From IMG/VR virus record IMGVR_UViG_3300017605_000342, positions 64,001 to 128,000 of that record: a stretch of DNA of 64,000 bases; one strand, given 5' to 3'. A program made the translations under genes and the position numbers. This stretch comes from a virus. Below, piece by piece: positions 1-10,471 of the stretch. Below the pieces are notes generated by a model. The model worked only from the letters and a program-made list of their open reading frames with translations. It ran no database searches and had not been told where the DNA came from. Each line of letters starts with the position of its first letter. The first letter of the stretch is position 1.

Positions 1-45
1 CGCAAAGTCTGAGCTAGTCAGGGAAATAATAGAGCATTACCTTAG

Positions 46-831
46 ATGACAACAACGTTAATACAAGGTAGGCATGGTAAATTTCTGGTGCCGGTCAATG
101 ACCAATACGTAGGTCAGTCTCTCTTAGCTTACGGAGAATTTTCCTACCTAGAATTTGAATTGTTTGAAGACCTCATAGAATCAGCGTTCGTAGTAGTAGA
201 GGTTGGGGCAAACATCGGAGCACACACAGTTGGTTTATCCGCTCTTGTCCCTGAGGGATCGGTACTTGCATTCGAGCCTCAGTCGTTTTGTTATGAGTTT
301 CTAGAAACCAATATCAACATCAACTCTATAAGAAACGTAACTACATTCGACGTTGCGTTGGGCAAGTACGCACAACAAATGTACGCACCAACATACTCAC
401 GGGATGCATTTGTTAATTGGGGTGGTATCAGCTTAGGTGCTAGGACTCGTAATAGCGAGGCAGTGTCGGTAGTTCGTGGAAGCAGCTTGGTGCCTTGGGT
501 AGATTTTTTAAAAGTAGATGTGGAGGGGATGGAGCAGGAAGTCCTAGAAGGACTAGAAGAAACTGTTATTAAGGCCAAACCCATTCTTTATATAGAAAAT
601 GATAGACCAGAAAAATCAGCATCGTTAGTAAAATACTGTTGGTCATTAGGATATGGGTTATACTGGCACATACCCCCGTTGTACAACCCAGATAATTTCA
701 ACAAAAATACCTTTAACATGTTTCCAAACATACACTCATTTAATATGGTAGGATTGCCCGTAGGCAAAACAATTAATCTACCGCCCATTACTACCTTGGA
801 GCACCCACTTGAAGCACGCAACCGTCATTAG
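46..831 (+). CDS. FkbM-family SAM methyltransferase
   Basis: VEVGANIGAHT, AFEP, KVDVEGME motifs. Confidence 0.85.
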   Translation: MTTTLIQGRHGKFLVPVNDQYVGQSLLAYGEFSYLEFELFEDLIESAFVVVEVGANIGAHTVGLSALVPEGSVLAFEPQSFCYEFLETNININSIRNVTTFDVALGKYAQQMYAPTYSRDAFVNWGGISLGARTRNSEAVSVVRGSSLVPWVDFLKVDVEGMEQEVLEGLEETVIKAKPILYIENDRPEKSASLVKYCWSLGYGLYWHIPPLYNPDNFNKNTFNMFPNIHSFNMVGLPVGKTINLPPITTLEHPLEARNRH

Positions 832-1807
832 ATTGGGAGCTATAGGAGACGCCGTGTGGACACTTCCCGTTATCCGTGAATTACACGCTGACGGCTATGA
901 AATCAGTGTACACTGTAAACAAATGTCCGCGCCCGTTTATAAGAACAATCCTTATATCAAGGATGTGTACTTATACCCAAATGAACCTGGTACAAAGGTT
1001 GATATAAGAGTTCCAAACGGAAGTAGGGTAATAGAGTTAGACAACACAGTCGAAGGAAAACTACTTTCTGACACGTTACCTGTAGGATGTACCACCCACG
1101 TACAGGCGTATTCTTTGCAATGCCCAAACTGTGCCGCAGCAAAGAAAAATCGTAGCACTACAGTGAACTACACAGAAGAACAGTTACGAGTTGCTGGTTA
1201 TCCGGGAAGCGACCCAAGTACCTTAGGAGAAATACGATTAGCTCAGGAAGACATGGAAGAAGTCAAAGATATTATCTCTTCTTGGGGTATCAGTTATGTA
1301 GTATTGTGGTCATTAGCCAACGTACGCCATAAACAATACCGCGAGTGGTTTAGCTTAATGCTAGAGTTTTGTGCCCAACACCCAGACGTGCTTGTTTATA
1401 CGATGGGTGTACCAGAATGTTCTGTGTACGAAGCTACAGCACACCGTATATGTTCTGGGCATTGGCCGCTGTCACAAAGTATTACACTGATAGCTCACGC
1501 TAATCTAGTAATCGGCGGCGAAACTGGCCCCATGAACATCGCCAGTTGTTTTGACAATGACAAGTTATTATTCCTGTCGCACTCATCTAGAGAGAATTTA
1601 TGTAAACACTGGACTAATACGGTCACCGTAACACCTAACTCAGAATGCCATCCATGCTATCAGTTACACCGCACTTTGGACAGTTGCCCTACTAGGCGCA
1701 TTAAAACTGGAACTGCCGACTATCTCCCTAAAGTACCTATTTGTACAACAGATTACGACCAGCACGAGTTACTTAACATACTTAATAGGATCAAATCGAG
1801 GATATAA
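809..1807 (+). CDS. GT9-family glycosyltransferase (heptosyltransferase-like, GT-B)
   Basis: N-terminal RLGAIGDAVWTLP, ETGPMNIA, C-terminal CHPC motif. Confidence 0.75.
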   Translation: MKHATVIRLGAIGDAVWTLPVIRELHADGYEISVHCKQMSAPVYKNNPYIKDVYLYPNEPGTKVDIRVPNGSRVIELDNTVEGKLLSDTLPVGCTTHVQAYSLQCPNCAAAKKNRSTTVNYTEEQLRVAGYPGSDPSTLGEIRLAQEDMEEVKDIISSWGISYVVLWSLANVRHKQYREWFSLMLEFCAQHPDVLVYTMGVPECSVYEATAHRICSGHWPLSQSITLIAHANLVIGGETGPMNIASCFDNDKLLFLSHSSRENLCKHWTNTVTVTPNSECHPCYQLHRTLDSCPTRRIKTGTADYLPKVPICTTDYDQHELLNILNRIKSRI

Positions 1808-2095
1808 ATGACGCGTAAAGAAATTGCAGTACAGATTCTATGTTCACTAACTTCTACCCAAGACAGTATGCGGGCCATCGGAGCTAGCGCTGACGATGCT
1901 GGTATTGATCCGTTTGTGTTTGCGGCTAGAAGTGCCGTGCAGTTCGCAGACGCATTACTGGCAGAGCTAGTAGAAGACACTCAAGAAGTAGCTACAGGTA
2001 TTGATAAAATACTTATGAAAGAAGTAGCTTCTCTACCAACACCAGTAAAAGCAAAAAGACCAAGAAGAAAGAAGATTGTAAAGAATGACGACTAA
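1808..2095 (+). CDS. Hypothetical protein
   Basis: Abuts upstream stop; AVQFADALLAEL helix, basic tail. Confidence 0.6.
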   Translation: MTRKEIAVQILCSLTSTQDSMRAIGASADDAGIDPFVFAARSAVQFADALLAELVEDTQEVATGIDKILMKEVASLPTPVKAKRPRRKKIVKNDD

Positions 2096-2822
2096 TTTAG
2101 TCTGTATAGCTACGCGGAAGTACATTCAGTACGTACCACAATTCATAGAGTCTGCATTAAAGTTCTTCTTCAATACCGAAGAGGGGTTTCGGCACATTAC
2201 TATCTTCACGGATGCCTCCGAAGAAACTATGCGCTCTTGGGAAAGTTCTGTAGTTACGTGCGTTACCATCCCATCATATGGTTTTCCTCACGCCACCATG
2301 TTACGCTATAGCATTTTTAGTGAACACGCAGAATATCTACGCCCTTACGACTATACTTTCTATGCCGACGTTGACAGTAAATTTGTTAGTCACGTAGGCA
2401 ACGGAGATATGCTCGCCGAAGTCATAACACATTCACAATGTAAGTACTACGTTGTAGCCCACCCCGGCTTTTGGGATAGTGGAAAAGGATCGTGGGAATC
2501 TAGACCAGCATCCTTATGCCATGTACCGGATGGCCGCAAGCTACCCTACGTGGCTGGTGGATTTTTGGGGGCACCTACCACAGACTTCTTAAACCTATCT
2601 GAAGTATGTTCTGCGCTGATCAACGGAGATTTGCGTAAAGGTATCACACCTACTTGGCATGACGAATCGGCACTTAATAAGTTCGTGTCTTGTATAGACG
2701 ACCATTGTATAATTCTACCGCCGGCATACGTTTACCCAGAAGAACGTCCTGCTTGGTTTACATGGACAGGCACGGCAAAAATACTAGCCCTAAAAAAGAA
2801 TCACGAGGAAATGAGATCATGA
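2085..2822 (+). CDS. GT6-family glycosyltransferase (ABO/alpha-1,3-Gal/GalNAc transferase-like)
   Basis: IATRKY..FIESALKFF, DVD, HPGF, YVAGGFLG, WHDESALNK motifs. Confidence 0.85.
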   Translation: MTTNLVCIATRKYIQYVPQFIESALKFFFNTEEGFRHITIFTDASEETMRSWESSVVTCVTIPSYGFPHATMLRYSIFSEHAEYLRPYDYTFYADVDSKFVSHVGNGDMLAEVITHSQCKYYVVAHPGFWDSGKGSWESRPASLCHVPDGRKLPYVAGGFLGAPTTDFLNLSEVCSALINGDLRKGITPTWHDESALNKFVSCIDDHCIILPPAYVYPEERPAWFTWTGTAKILALKKNHEEMRS

Positions 2823-3754
2823 CCTATAAAGTTTCTGTAGCAATACCTATTGCATACCCAGAAGAGATTACGTTTCTTCGGGGAAATATTGCACACATAG
2901 AAAAACACAACCATCCCAGTGTCGATTCCGAGGTTCTTATTATGGATCAAACGGGGACTGGCGACGTTCGTTCCGAGTTTGGGTCCAAGTACAAAGTCAT
3001 TGAAACACAGCGTATAGACGCCGGATGGCCCCTTGACCTAGCTTGTAGAGCTGCCGAAGGTGAGTACTTCGTATCCTTTGACGTAGACTGTGCGCCGATG
3101 CATAATGCGTGGTTATATGCTCCTACTAGGGTCCTAGCAGAATACCCTGACGTGTGTATGGTAGGCAAGGCAACGGGGTTGCACCTACACCACGATTACG
3201 CAAAGTGGGGTACGTTCTTCCACATAAACAACTACTACAGGTTCATGCGCACAGAACAAGCTAAGTATGTGTCACAGCAAGTAGGTTTCTTGCGGCCAGA
3301 GAACAGACCTAAAGCCAACTTTTACCCAAGCTCTACTTTCGCATTTGAAGCAAACGCTGATAATGGTGTACGAGCTAATAGCTTCACTGACAGAACTGGG
3401 ATGGGTAAGAAGTTCAGTATTGCCATGAATAAGGTGTTAGGTAACACCCAGCAAATGGGTGTTTATGGCATGGTGCTAGATGGCTTAGTGTTCCACATGG
3501 TGTTCTCTTCAAGCAAGGACTGGATCACCAACAAAGCCGTCACTTTGGGGGATGAGTACCTTGGCTGGTATGACCGCATCAACTCTGAAGGGTTTGTTAA
3601 CGTGTGGCCGGACATACAAGCCGCCCTTAAACCTAAGTATGAAATCCTGTATGATCGTCATCTGTGGGACGGTACCCAAGAATTAAAGCTAACACCCCAA
3701 GATGACTTGTTTAGAAATTTTTCTGCATGGAAATCTGAATCAAATGAAATCTAA
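2819..3754 (+). CDS. GT-A fold (GT2-like) glycosyltransferase
   Basis: Start moved to the ATGA overlap at 2819 (MTYKVSVAIP); AEGEYFVSFDVD DxD motif. Confidence 0.6.
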   Translation: MTYKVSVAIPIAYPEEITFLRGNIAHIEKHNHPSVDSEVLIMDQTGTGDVRSEFGSKYKVIETQRIDAGWPLDLACRAAEGEYFVSFDVDCAPMHNAWLYAPTRVLAEYPDVCMVGKATGLHLHHDYAKWGTFFHINNYYRFMRTEQAKYVSQQVGFLRPENRPKANFYPSSTFAFEANADNGVRANSFTDRTGMGKKFSIAMNKVLGNTQQMGVYGMVLDGLVFHMVFSSSKDWITNKAVTLGDEYLGWYDRINSEGFVNVWPDIQAALKPKYEILYDRHLWDGTQELKLTPQDDLFRNFSAWKSESNEI

Positions 3755-4388
3755 CCATTTTAACTGGTCATATCTTTTTGAAGATTCTTCCGTAGATTCA
3801 TTCTTGAAGGAAGAAAGACATTGGGGTCAAGGACAAGGCCCAGACAATCCCGGTAGACAGGCATGGTTAAACCGCGTTAAAGCATTGTCGCGTCCAGCAA
3901 TCATTGGTGAGCTTGGACCAGGTATTGGTGTTGATTATGGACTATTGCAAGACAGTGGACTCCTCTCTGGTATTACTTACCACGCACTAGATGTAACCCC
4001 AGAGTTCTGTGTTCACTTAGCCAAGACATATCCAGATCTTAAAGTAACCAATATCAACGGGTATGACATTCCATTCACTGACTGCTATTTCGATGTATTC
4101 TACATGCGGCACGTCCTAGAACACCAAGAGAATTACCGCTGGCAATTGCGTGAGATATTTAGAGTAACCCGCAACGAAATTTTTATCAACTTTTTCTTAC
4201 CACTCACAGAGTCTCCCGCAGACAATATTAAGTTTGATAATATTTTTTATCATAATCAATACTCTAAAACGTTGTTTGAAAAGTTCTGTAGCAAGTATGG
4301 ATGGGTTATTAATTCTGATACTACCAATACCACAATCATCGATGACGTAGAATACTCTGATGAAATCGTAGTACTATATAAGGTGTAA
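3744..4388 (+). CDS. Class I SAM-dependent methyltransferase
   Basis: ELGPGIG motif I, IPF.DCYFDVF, RHVLEH; start at MKSNHF. Confidence 0.75.
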   Translation: MKSNHFNWSYLFEDSSVDSFLKEERHWGQGQGPDNPGRQAWLNRVKALSRPAIIGELGPGIGVDYGLLQDSGLLSGITYHALDVTPEFCVHLAKTYPDLKVTNINGYDIPFTDCYFDVFYMRHVLEHQENYRWQLREIFRVTRNEIFINFFLPLTESPADNIKFDNIFYHNQYSKTLFEKFCSKYGWVINSDTTNTTIIDDVEYSDEIVVLYKV

Positions 4389-4392
4389 TCTT

Positions 4393-5049
4393 ATGAGAGT
4401 TGGAGTAATCCTCTACCATAAAAATATAGAAAAATACAAAAAGCACTGGATAGATAAATGTGTGTCTTCTATAGAACTACAAACATACCAAAACTTCGAT
4501 GTATGCGAGTTGTGTTATGGAGACACTGTAGTGACGGTAGCAGACCATATAGAACGTGTCCCAGAATTTCCAAACTACAAATTCCATTCATTACCACTGC
4601 CCAACCATGTTCATGCTCAAAATAGCCTGTTAGATGCCTGCTTCAAACACAACGATTATGACTATGTTTTTAATATTAACGTTGACGACTACTACGACAG
4701 ACGCCGTTTCGAGTGCCAACTAACAATGATAGAACAAGGTTATGATCTTGTAGCATCTAATTTCCAGCACGTTGAGGAAGGCCCTAACGGGTATGACGTT
4801 GTAGGCTACACATTTCCCGCGTCCAAGTACAGTGTGGGCGAGGAACTCATGCGGGATCATAATGTTATAGGGCATTCGTCAGTGTGTTATTCTCGAAATT
4901 TTTGGTTGACATATGGACCTTATCCTGATAGTATCCCCACTGAGGATTTGCTGCTGTGGAAGTTAGCCGTGTCTCGCGGAGCCGTCATTGGTATTTACCC
5001 AGAGGTTCTGATGTACTACCGCAGACATAACCAGCAAATATGTAAATGA
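4393..5049 (+). CDS. GT2-family glycosyltransferase
   Basis: NVDD...RFECQL, HSSV, EDLLLW, YYRRH motifs. Confidence 0.75.
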   Translation: MRVGVILYHKNIEKYKKHWIDKCVSSIELQTYQNFDVCELCYGDTVVTVADHIERVPEFPNYKFHSLPLPNHVHAQNSLLDACFKHNDYDYVFNINVDDYYDRRRFECQLTMIEQGYDLVASNFQHVEEGPNGYDVVGYTFPASKYSVGEELMRDHNVIGHSSVCYSRNFWLTYGPYPDSIPTEDLLLWKLAVSRGAVIGIYPEVLMYYRRHNQQICK

Positions 5050-5255
5050 AAATAAAAACTGACTTCACCACAGAATACGGTGTTCAATACAAAGAAACTT
5101 TAGGCTACCCATCTTTGTTTCATTGGTGCTGTGGTTTTAGAATGTACAGAATTATTTCTATATACAAATCAGACACCAAAGGCATCCATCGAGGCGGGTT
5201 AGTTGGTTGGATTTGTAGAGCATGTGGCACACGGAAAGACACATCATATGATTAA
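5046..5255 (+). CDS. Small Cys-containing hypothetical protein
   Basis: Overlaps flanking genes at both ends; CCG and CRACG. Confidence 0.45.
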   Translation: MKIKTDFTTEYGVQYKETLGYPSLFHWCCGFRMYRIISIYKSDTKGIHRGGLVGWICRACGTRKDTSYD

Positions 5256-5925
5256 CTTGATTATTCCCGACATCCATAACAAGATCAACATTGCGGAAAC
5301 GATCTTAAAAAATTACCTGTACGATCATGCTTGGTTTTTAGGTGACTACTTCGATGACTTTCACGACAGTGCTGAAGAGATTGTTGCCGTCGCTAGTTGG
5401 ATAAAAAAGAAACTACAAGACCCCAAGGTTACGTTGTTGTTGGGTAACCACGACTATCACTATTGGAAGCCGTTCTTACAGAAATGCAGCGGCTACACAG
5501 AAAGAAAGTACGGTGCTATAAGAACCATACTGTCTGAGGTAGACTTTGAGAGTATGCATACTCACGCTTGGGTAGATGGCTGGCTATTGTCTCATGCTGG
5601 CTACTCTAAGTATTACGCAGACCCGATTGAAGGTTTAACGCCCAAAATTACGGCTAAGCTAGATCAAAAAATGCGTGATAGCCACGCTGCCAGAAAATTA
5701 CCAGAACTTTTTTGGTGCGGACAAGATCGTTACGGTGTCAACCACCACTCCGGTATTATCTGGCAAGATTGGTTTACTGCTAGGAAAGTGCCGGGGGTTA
5801 ATCAGATCATGGGACATACTCCCCAACGCAACTGGAGAGAGCATGAAGGTGACTACTGCCTAGACACTGGCTTACATTGTGTTGGGCTACTTGAAGACGG
5901 TAAACTAACAGTAGAGTATCTATAA
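5248..5925 (+). CDS. Calcineurin-like metallophosphoesterase
   Basis: PDIHN, GDYFD, GNHD, SHAG, GHT motifs. Confidence 0.85.
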   Translation: MINLIIPDIHNKINIAETILKNYLYDHAWFLGDYFDDFHDSAEEIVAVASWIKKKLQDPKVTLLLGNHDYHYWKPFLQKCSGYTERKYGAIRTILSEVDFESMHTHAWVDGWLLSHAGYSKYYADPIEGLTPKITAKLDQKMRDSHAARKLPELFWCGQDRYGVNHHSGIIWQDWFTARKVPGVNQIMGHTPQRNWREHEGDYCLDTGLHCVGLLEDGKLTVEYL

Positions 5926-5938
5926 CCGGAGACACACT

Positions 5939-6268
5939 ATGAATCTAAACGACCCAAAGACAATATTTGCAGTAAGAACTTTCCTGAAAGATCTACATCA
6001 CACCGATTGGGAAAACCAATGGATAGCAGTGCGTGTGCAGGAACCACATAGATACCACAACGATCAGCCGTATTATGTGGCAGGTCAGTTAGATATTTCA
6101 GACGGTTCCCACACAGCTAGTTTCCATGTGGATTTCAAATCAAAAGATGAAGCAGATAAAATTCTAGAATCACTCAAAATACTTTCTAACACTTTAGTAG
6201 TATTGATTGACAAGATAGAAGAAAGTGGTGACAAACTTTCACAACTTAACGCTGGTCATAGAATCTGA
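5939..6268 (+). CDS. Hypothetical protein
   Basis: GGAG RBS; TGATG coupling to the next gene. Confidence 0.6.
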   Translation: MNLNDPKTIFAVRTFLKDLHHTDWENQWIAVRVQEPHRYHNDQPYYVAGQLDISDGSHTASFHVDFKSKDEADKILESLKILSNTLVVLIDKIEESGDKLSQLNAGHRI

Positions 6269-6900
6269 TGTCTAACACGTGGTTTTCTGCTGACCTACAC
6301 TTGGGTCACTTTAACATCAATAAATATTGCAATCGACCTTTTCTTACTAAAGAACTTTCAGAAGAGCTTGCTATACTAGAAGCGTCCAAACCCAGTGTAA
6401 CTGGTATTGGCCGTATGCACGATATTAAACGAAAAGTTACTTGGACGATGGACGAAACCATTATAGGTAACTGGAACAATGTCATCAAAGATGACGATGT
6501 TGTTTACCTTTTGGGTGATCTATGTTTTGCAGATGTAGATAAAGCACGGGAGTATATCAAAAGACTTAAAGGTAAAATTCATTTCATAGAAGGCAACCAC
6601 GACAAGCCTCTGGCAAACCTGAAGCACCTGTTTGTGTCCTATCGCAAATACAGTGAAATAACAATGGATAATGTCCCTGTAACATTATGTCATTATGCGT
6701 TGCGGGTTTGGAACAAGTCTCACCGGGGAGCCTACAGCCTTTATGGGCACTCCCACGGATCATTGCCTGACGATCCTATGGCTCTTTCGTTTGACTGTGG
6801 AGTAGATACCAACAATTTCTGTCCTTACAGTTGGGAAGATGTTACTAAGAAGATGGCTACAAAGACATGGAAACCCATAGATCATCATGGTCTACACTAG
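6268..6900 (+). CDS. Calcineurin-like metallophosphoesterase (phage type)
   Basis: ADLHLGH, LGD, GNHD, CHYA, GHSH motifs. Confidence 0.85.
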   Translation: MSNTWFSADLHLGHFNINKYCNRPFLTKELSEELAILEASKPSVTGIGRMHDIKRKVTWTMDETIIGNWNNVIKDDDVVYLLGDLCFADVDKAREYIKRLKGKIHFIEGNHDKPLANLKHLFVSYRKYSEITMDNVPVTLCHYALRVWNKSHRGAYSLYGHSHGSLPDDPMALSFDCGVDTNNFCPYSWEDVTKKMATKTWKPIDHHGLH

Positions 6901-6917
6901 TATAAAGGAAGTACTTA

Positions 6918-8015
6918 ATGAAAGTTTGTATAGTTCTGGGAACAAGACCGGAAGTAATAAAGTTCACTCCAATAATAGAAGCACTCAAGAAGAACCCAAC
7001 GATTGACTTGAGTGTTATAAGTACCGGGCAGCATACCACATTGCTGGACGTGCTGCCCTTGGATTGCACAGAGACGCTTGTATGGCAAGCACAAGAAGGC
7101 CACACCCTGTCAGGGACCTTGGCCGCAATGCTGTCGCGGTTGGACGTGGCTATACAACGTGTTGCCCCAGACATGATACTTGTTCAAGGTGATACCACTT
7201 CAGCTTTGTGCGGGGCGCTGGCGGCTGCTAATTACCAAATCCCTCTAGGACACGTTGAAGCTGGCTTACGCACATACGACAAGTCCAGCCCCTTCCCTGA
7301 AGAGAACATACGTCGCATCATATCGTCTGTGGCTGACCATCACTTTTGCATCTCCGGTACATCGATGGACAACCTCATAAAAGAGAATGTTGGTGGTAAA
7401 AAATATCTTACAGGGTCTACTGCTATCGACATGGTACACAGAATTAAACACATACATATCCCTAGTCCTAAAAAAACTATCTTACTAACTTTACATCGAA
7501 GAGAGAATTTAGATACTGACCGTGCAGCTAACTACCTGAAACAAATCATACGCTTTTTGAATGAGCATAATGAGGTCGGAAACGACCGAATAACTTGTCT
7601 GTGGGTAACACACCCCAACCCCAAAGTAAAAGCGTTGATCGACAGTTTAGATATTCCTACCAACATGGGGATCGTTGAGGCTGCCGACTACAATCACTTC
7701 ATTCAGTGGTGTAAATGGTCATGGGTTATATGCTCTGACTCTGGCGGAATCCAAGAAGAGAACACTGTATTACAGCGACCGCTGTTTATTCTCAGGGATA
7801 CCACAGAGCGACCGGAAGTCCTAGACTCACCCAACGTAGTGCTGGTGACTCACCCAGAAGCACTGTGGGTATGGCTACAAGACCTGTGGATCAGACCGGA
7901 ACGTTACCACAACAACGGTGTACGCAATGAGTTTAACTCTGTCATACCAGAATCTGAAATCTTTGGTGCGGGCACTGCTGGCGAACGCATCGCAGATATC
8001 ATTGGGACACTATGA
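6918..8015 (+). CDS. wecB: UDP-N-acetylhexosamine 2-epimerase (WecB/WbjD family)
   Basis: GTRPE, TGQH, QGDT, HVEAGLR, PEE, HRREN, DSGG.QEE, TERPE. Confidence 0.9.
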   Translation: MKVCIVLGTRPEVIKFTPIIEALKKNPTIDLSVISTGQHTTLLDVLPLDCTETLVWQAQEGHTLSGTLAAMLSRLDVAIQRVAPDMILVQGDTTSALCGALAAANYQIPLGHVEAGLRTYDKSSPFPEENIRRIISSVADHHFCISGTSMDNLIKENVGGKKYLTGSTAIDMVHRIKHIHIPSPKKTILLTLHRRENLDTDRAANYLKQIIRFLNEHNEVGNDRITCLWVTHPNPKVKALIDSLDIPTNMGIVEAADYNHFIQWCKWSWVICSDSGGIQEENTVLQRPLFILRDTTERPEVLDSPNVVLVTHPEALWVWLQDLWIRPERYHNNGVRNEFNSVIPESEIFGAGTAGERIADIIGTL

Positions 8016-8251
8016 ACGTAAAGAACACCCTACAAAAGTTATTGCCCTTGGAAGATTTAATTTGGGAACATGAACGTGAATTCCTCAGAGAGTTTTGCCA
8101 CAATGGTGACGACTTGATTGGATTGTATTTCTCAAGCGAGTGTTGTAGATTTGTTTACTTGCTACCTGAAGGACAGCACGTAATTGATACGATAAGTGCT
8201 AATAAACTAGACTGGTGGTTACACTCCATCGGTTTGTACGGGAGAGTTTAA
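8012..8251 (+). CDS. Hypothetical protein
   Basis: ATGA and TAATG overlaps with neighbours. Confidence 0.55.
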   Translation: MNVKNTLQKLLPLEDLIWEHEREFLREFCHNGDDLIGLYFSSECCRFVYLLPEGQHVIDTISANKLDWWLHSIGLYGRV

Positions 8252-8490
8252 TGCCAATATTGGAATTCAAGTGTAAAAAACATGGGCCATTTGAAATGAT
8301 TATTCTTAGCTGGGATAAAGCAGCGGAGTGTAGGCGGGCACCGTGTCCTACGTGCAAACACCACGCCCCTAAGGTAGAGTTTTCAACACCAGCTAGATTT
8401 ATGGGGTGCTTTGGAGAAAACAACGCAACTCCACCCGCACCCTCAAAAAGACATTCAACAAAGAAGATGGACAAAAAAGGAAACACATAA
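8251..8490 (+). CDS. FmdB-like zinc-ribbon protein
   Basis: MPILEFKCKKHG..FE...CPTC; TAATG-coupled start at 8251. Confidence 0.65.
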   Translation: MPILEFKCKKHGPFEMIILSWDKAAECRRAPCPTCKHHAPKVEFSTPARFMGCFGENNATPPAPSKRHSTKKMDKKGNT

Positions 8491-8843
8491 TGAAAACTAA
8501 GAAAACCAAAATTAAGAAGCCAGCTATCAAGAAAGCAACTACCGTAGAATTGCGAGAAGAGAACAAGTCTCTAAAAGAAACGTTAGCGATGGCTGACCGC
8601 ATCATTTTCAATTTGGTACAACAGCATCACGATGATGAATTCAAAGACGGTTATCGTGAATGTTACAGAATTAGCGCACCTGGTTTAGACCTGACGGACC
8701 CTAATGAATACAAGTGGGAAATCGATAGAGATATCCTAAAACAGCAGAACGTAATAGCCGTTGCTAAGTTCTCATTGATTAAACAGATATACCCATTCGA
8801 AAGACCAGAAGATCATGTCTCCCCTGTCTACGGGAAAGGCTAA
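8490..8843 (+). CDS. Hypothetical protein
   Basis: TAATG-coupled start (MKTKKTK) with AAGGA RBS. Confidence 0.55.
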   Translation: MKTKKTKIKKPAIKKATTVELREENKSLKETLAMADRIIFNLVQQHHDDEFKDGYRECYRISAPGLDLTDPNEYKWEIDRDILKQQNVIAVAKFSLIKQIYPFERPEDHVSPVYGKG

Positions 8844-8846
8844 TTC

Positions 8847-9659
8847 ATGCGGGTGTTCGTTCTTGGTAGTAAAGGCATGTTGGGTCACGTTGTATCAAGA
8901 TATCTCAAAGAACAATCTTATGAAGTCGTAGATGTTCCTAGAGAAAAGCTTGATGCAGCGCAGCACTTAGACCTTATAGACTGGAAGATACGTCCTTGGT
9001 GTTTACAACCCTCAGATGTCGTTATCAACTGTATAGGAATCGTGCCGCAAATAGAATCCGATCTTAAAACAGAACATCAAGTAAATGCGGTGTTCCCACA
9101 CAGTCTAGTAAGATGCGTAGACACACGTGTGATACACATAAGCACCAACTGCGTGTTCTCTGGGATAGAACGTAGAGCTTACACACACGCTGGATATACA
9201 GAGCATGATTTACCAAGACCCAGTAAAAGCTATGGTATAACAAAACTTCAAGGTGAGGTACCCCTGCACTCGATGGTGCTACGCACGTCTGTCATTGGCC
9301 CTCAAATAAAAGGTATGTACGGATTTCATGCTAAGGCACGATTGGGTATGATTACTGACGGTTACGTCGATCATTACTGGAACGGGGTAACCACACTACA
9401 ATTGGCAAAAACCATTGAGTGGATTATCAAAAAGCATCTGTTCAACTTTGGCGTGTACCACATACACTCTCCTAACATAATGTCAAAGTATGACCTTATA
9501 AAAGAGATACTACATGTCAATACCTCACACTGGAACATTAATCCAAAGCTAGCTGGTGGAGAAAATCTTACTCTGTGGTCCTTCCACCAAAATATCAACC
9601 ATCCTAACATAGACTGCACAATTCAGAGGCAACTAAGGGAACTTCATAAATGGTACTAA
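8847..9659 (+). CDS. RmlD-like NDP-4-keto-6-deoxy sugar reductase (extended SDR)
   Basis: VLGSKGMLG, INCIG, HISTNCVFSG, YGITK, WNGVTTLQLAK. Confidence 0.85.
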   Translation: MRVFVLGSKGMLGHVVSRYLKEQSYEVVDVPREKLDAAQHLDLIDWKIRPWCLQPSDVVINCIGIVPQIESDLKTEHQVNAVFPHSLVRCVDTRVIHISTNCVFSGIERRAYTHAGYTEHDLPRPSKSYGITKLQGEVPLHSMVLRTSVIGPQIKGMYGFHAKARLGMITDGYVDHYWNGVTTLQLAKTIEWIIKKHLFNFGVYHIHSPNIMSKYDLIKEILHVNTSHWNINPKLAGGENLTLWSFHQNINHPNIDCTIQRQLRELHKWY

Positions 9660-10471
9660 CACGCATATACGCTGTCCATTACAATCGTTCAGATTTTATT
9701 GAACTACAAAAGCAGTGCTTGGATAGATGGTTTCGTACGCCCTTCGAATACATCGTAATCAACAATGGGCGTGATCCAGATACACGCTCACAGCTAGCAT
9801 ATGCTGCTGCTAAGATCGGCTCTGATATTATTTACACCCATTCAGACACAGGCTTTGACAAAGCAGGTAAGCACCATGCAGACGCCCTCAACCAAGCTTG
9901 GAAAGAGCATATAACCAAGCACAACGACTTGGCTATGGTTCTAGACGGCGATGTGTTCTTGTTGGACAACTTCACTATCACAGATATACTATCTCAAACA
10001 AAACCAATCTTCGGAGTACCACAACATCGCAAGGTGTTCAACTATATTTCACCCACGCTGGTAGGAATGGATCTAGCAAAGATAACATTACTAGAAGAAA
10101 TAGATTGGGAAGGAAAAGAGATAGTACCTAAGGTACACTTGGACACTGGTGGAGGGTTGCATCCGTGGTGTCATGCTGGCGTTGTACGCCCCATCTCGAA
10201 TACATGGCATATCAAAGCAGACAACAACAATCTACACACGCTGCCGGACGCTGTAATGACTACGTATAGAGAAGGATTCGATGTTGAACTATACGGTGAC
10301 AAGTGGCTGCACTACTGTAGATCGTCCGGTTGGGACTGGCCCACAGAAGACTACGTACATCTAAAGTCAGTTTGGCTACGGAATTTCCTTGACATGCGGC
10401 TAGCGTGTGATATACAATTGAAGTACACTGGCTTCAATATCGGAGTCAATGACTATTTGGGTTGGGTATAA
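9650..10471 (+). CDS. Putative GT-A fold glycosyltransferase
   Basis: YIVINN, HADALN, VLDGDVF (DxD), LDTGG. Confidence 0.55.
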   Translation: MVLTRIYAVHYNRSDFIELQKQCLDRWFRTPFEYIVINNGRDPDTRSQLAYAAAKIGSDIIYTHSDTGFDKAGKHHADALNQAWKEHITKHNDLAMVLDGDVFLLDNFTITDILSQTKPIFGVPQHRKVFNYISPTLVGMDLAKITLLEEIDWEGKEIVPKVHLDTGGGLHPWCHAGVVRPISNTWHIKADNNNLHTLPDAVMTTYREGFDVELYGDKWLHYCRSSGWDWPTEDYVHLKSVWLRNFLDMRLACDIQLKYTGFNIGVNDYLGWV

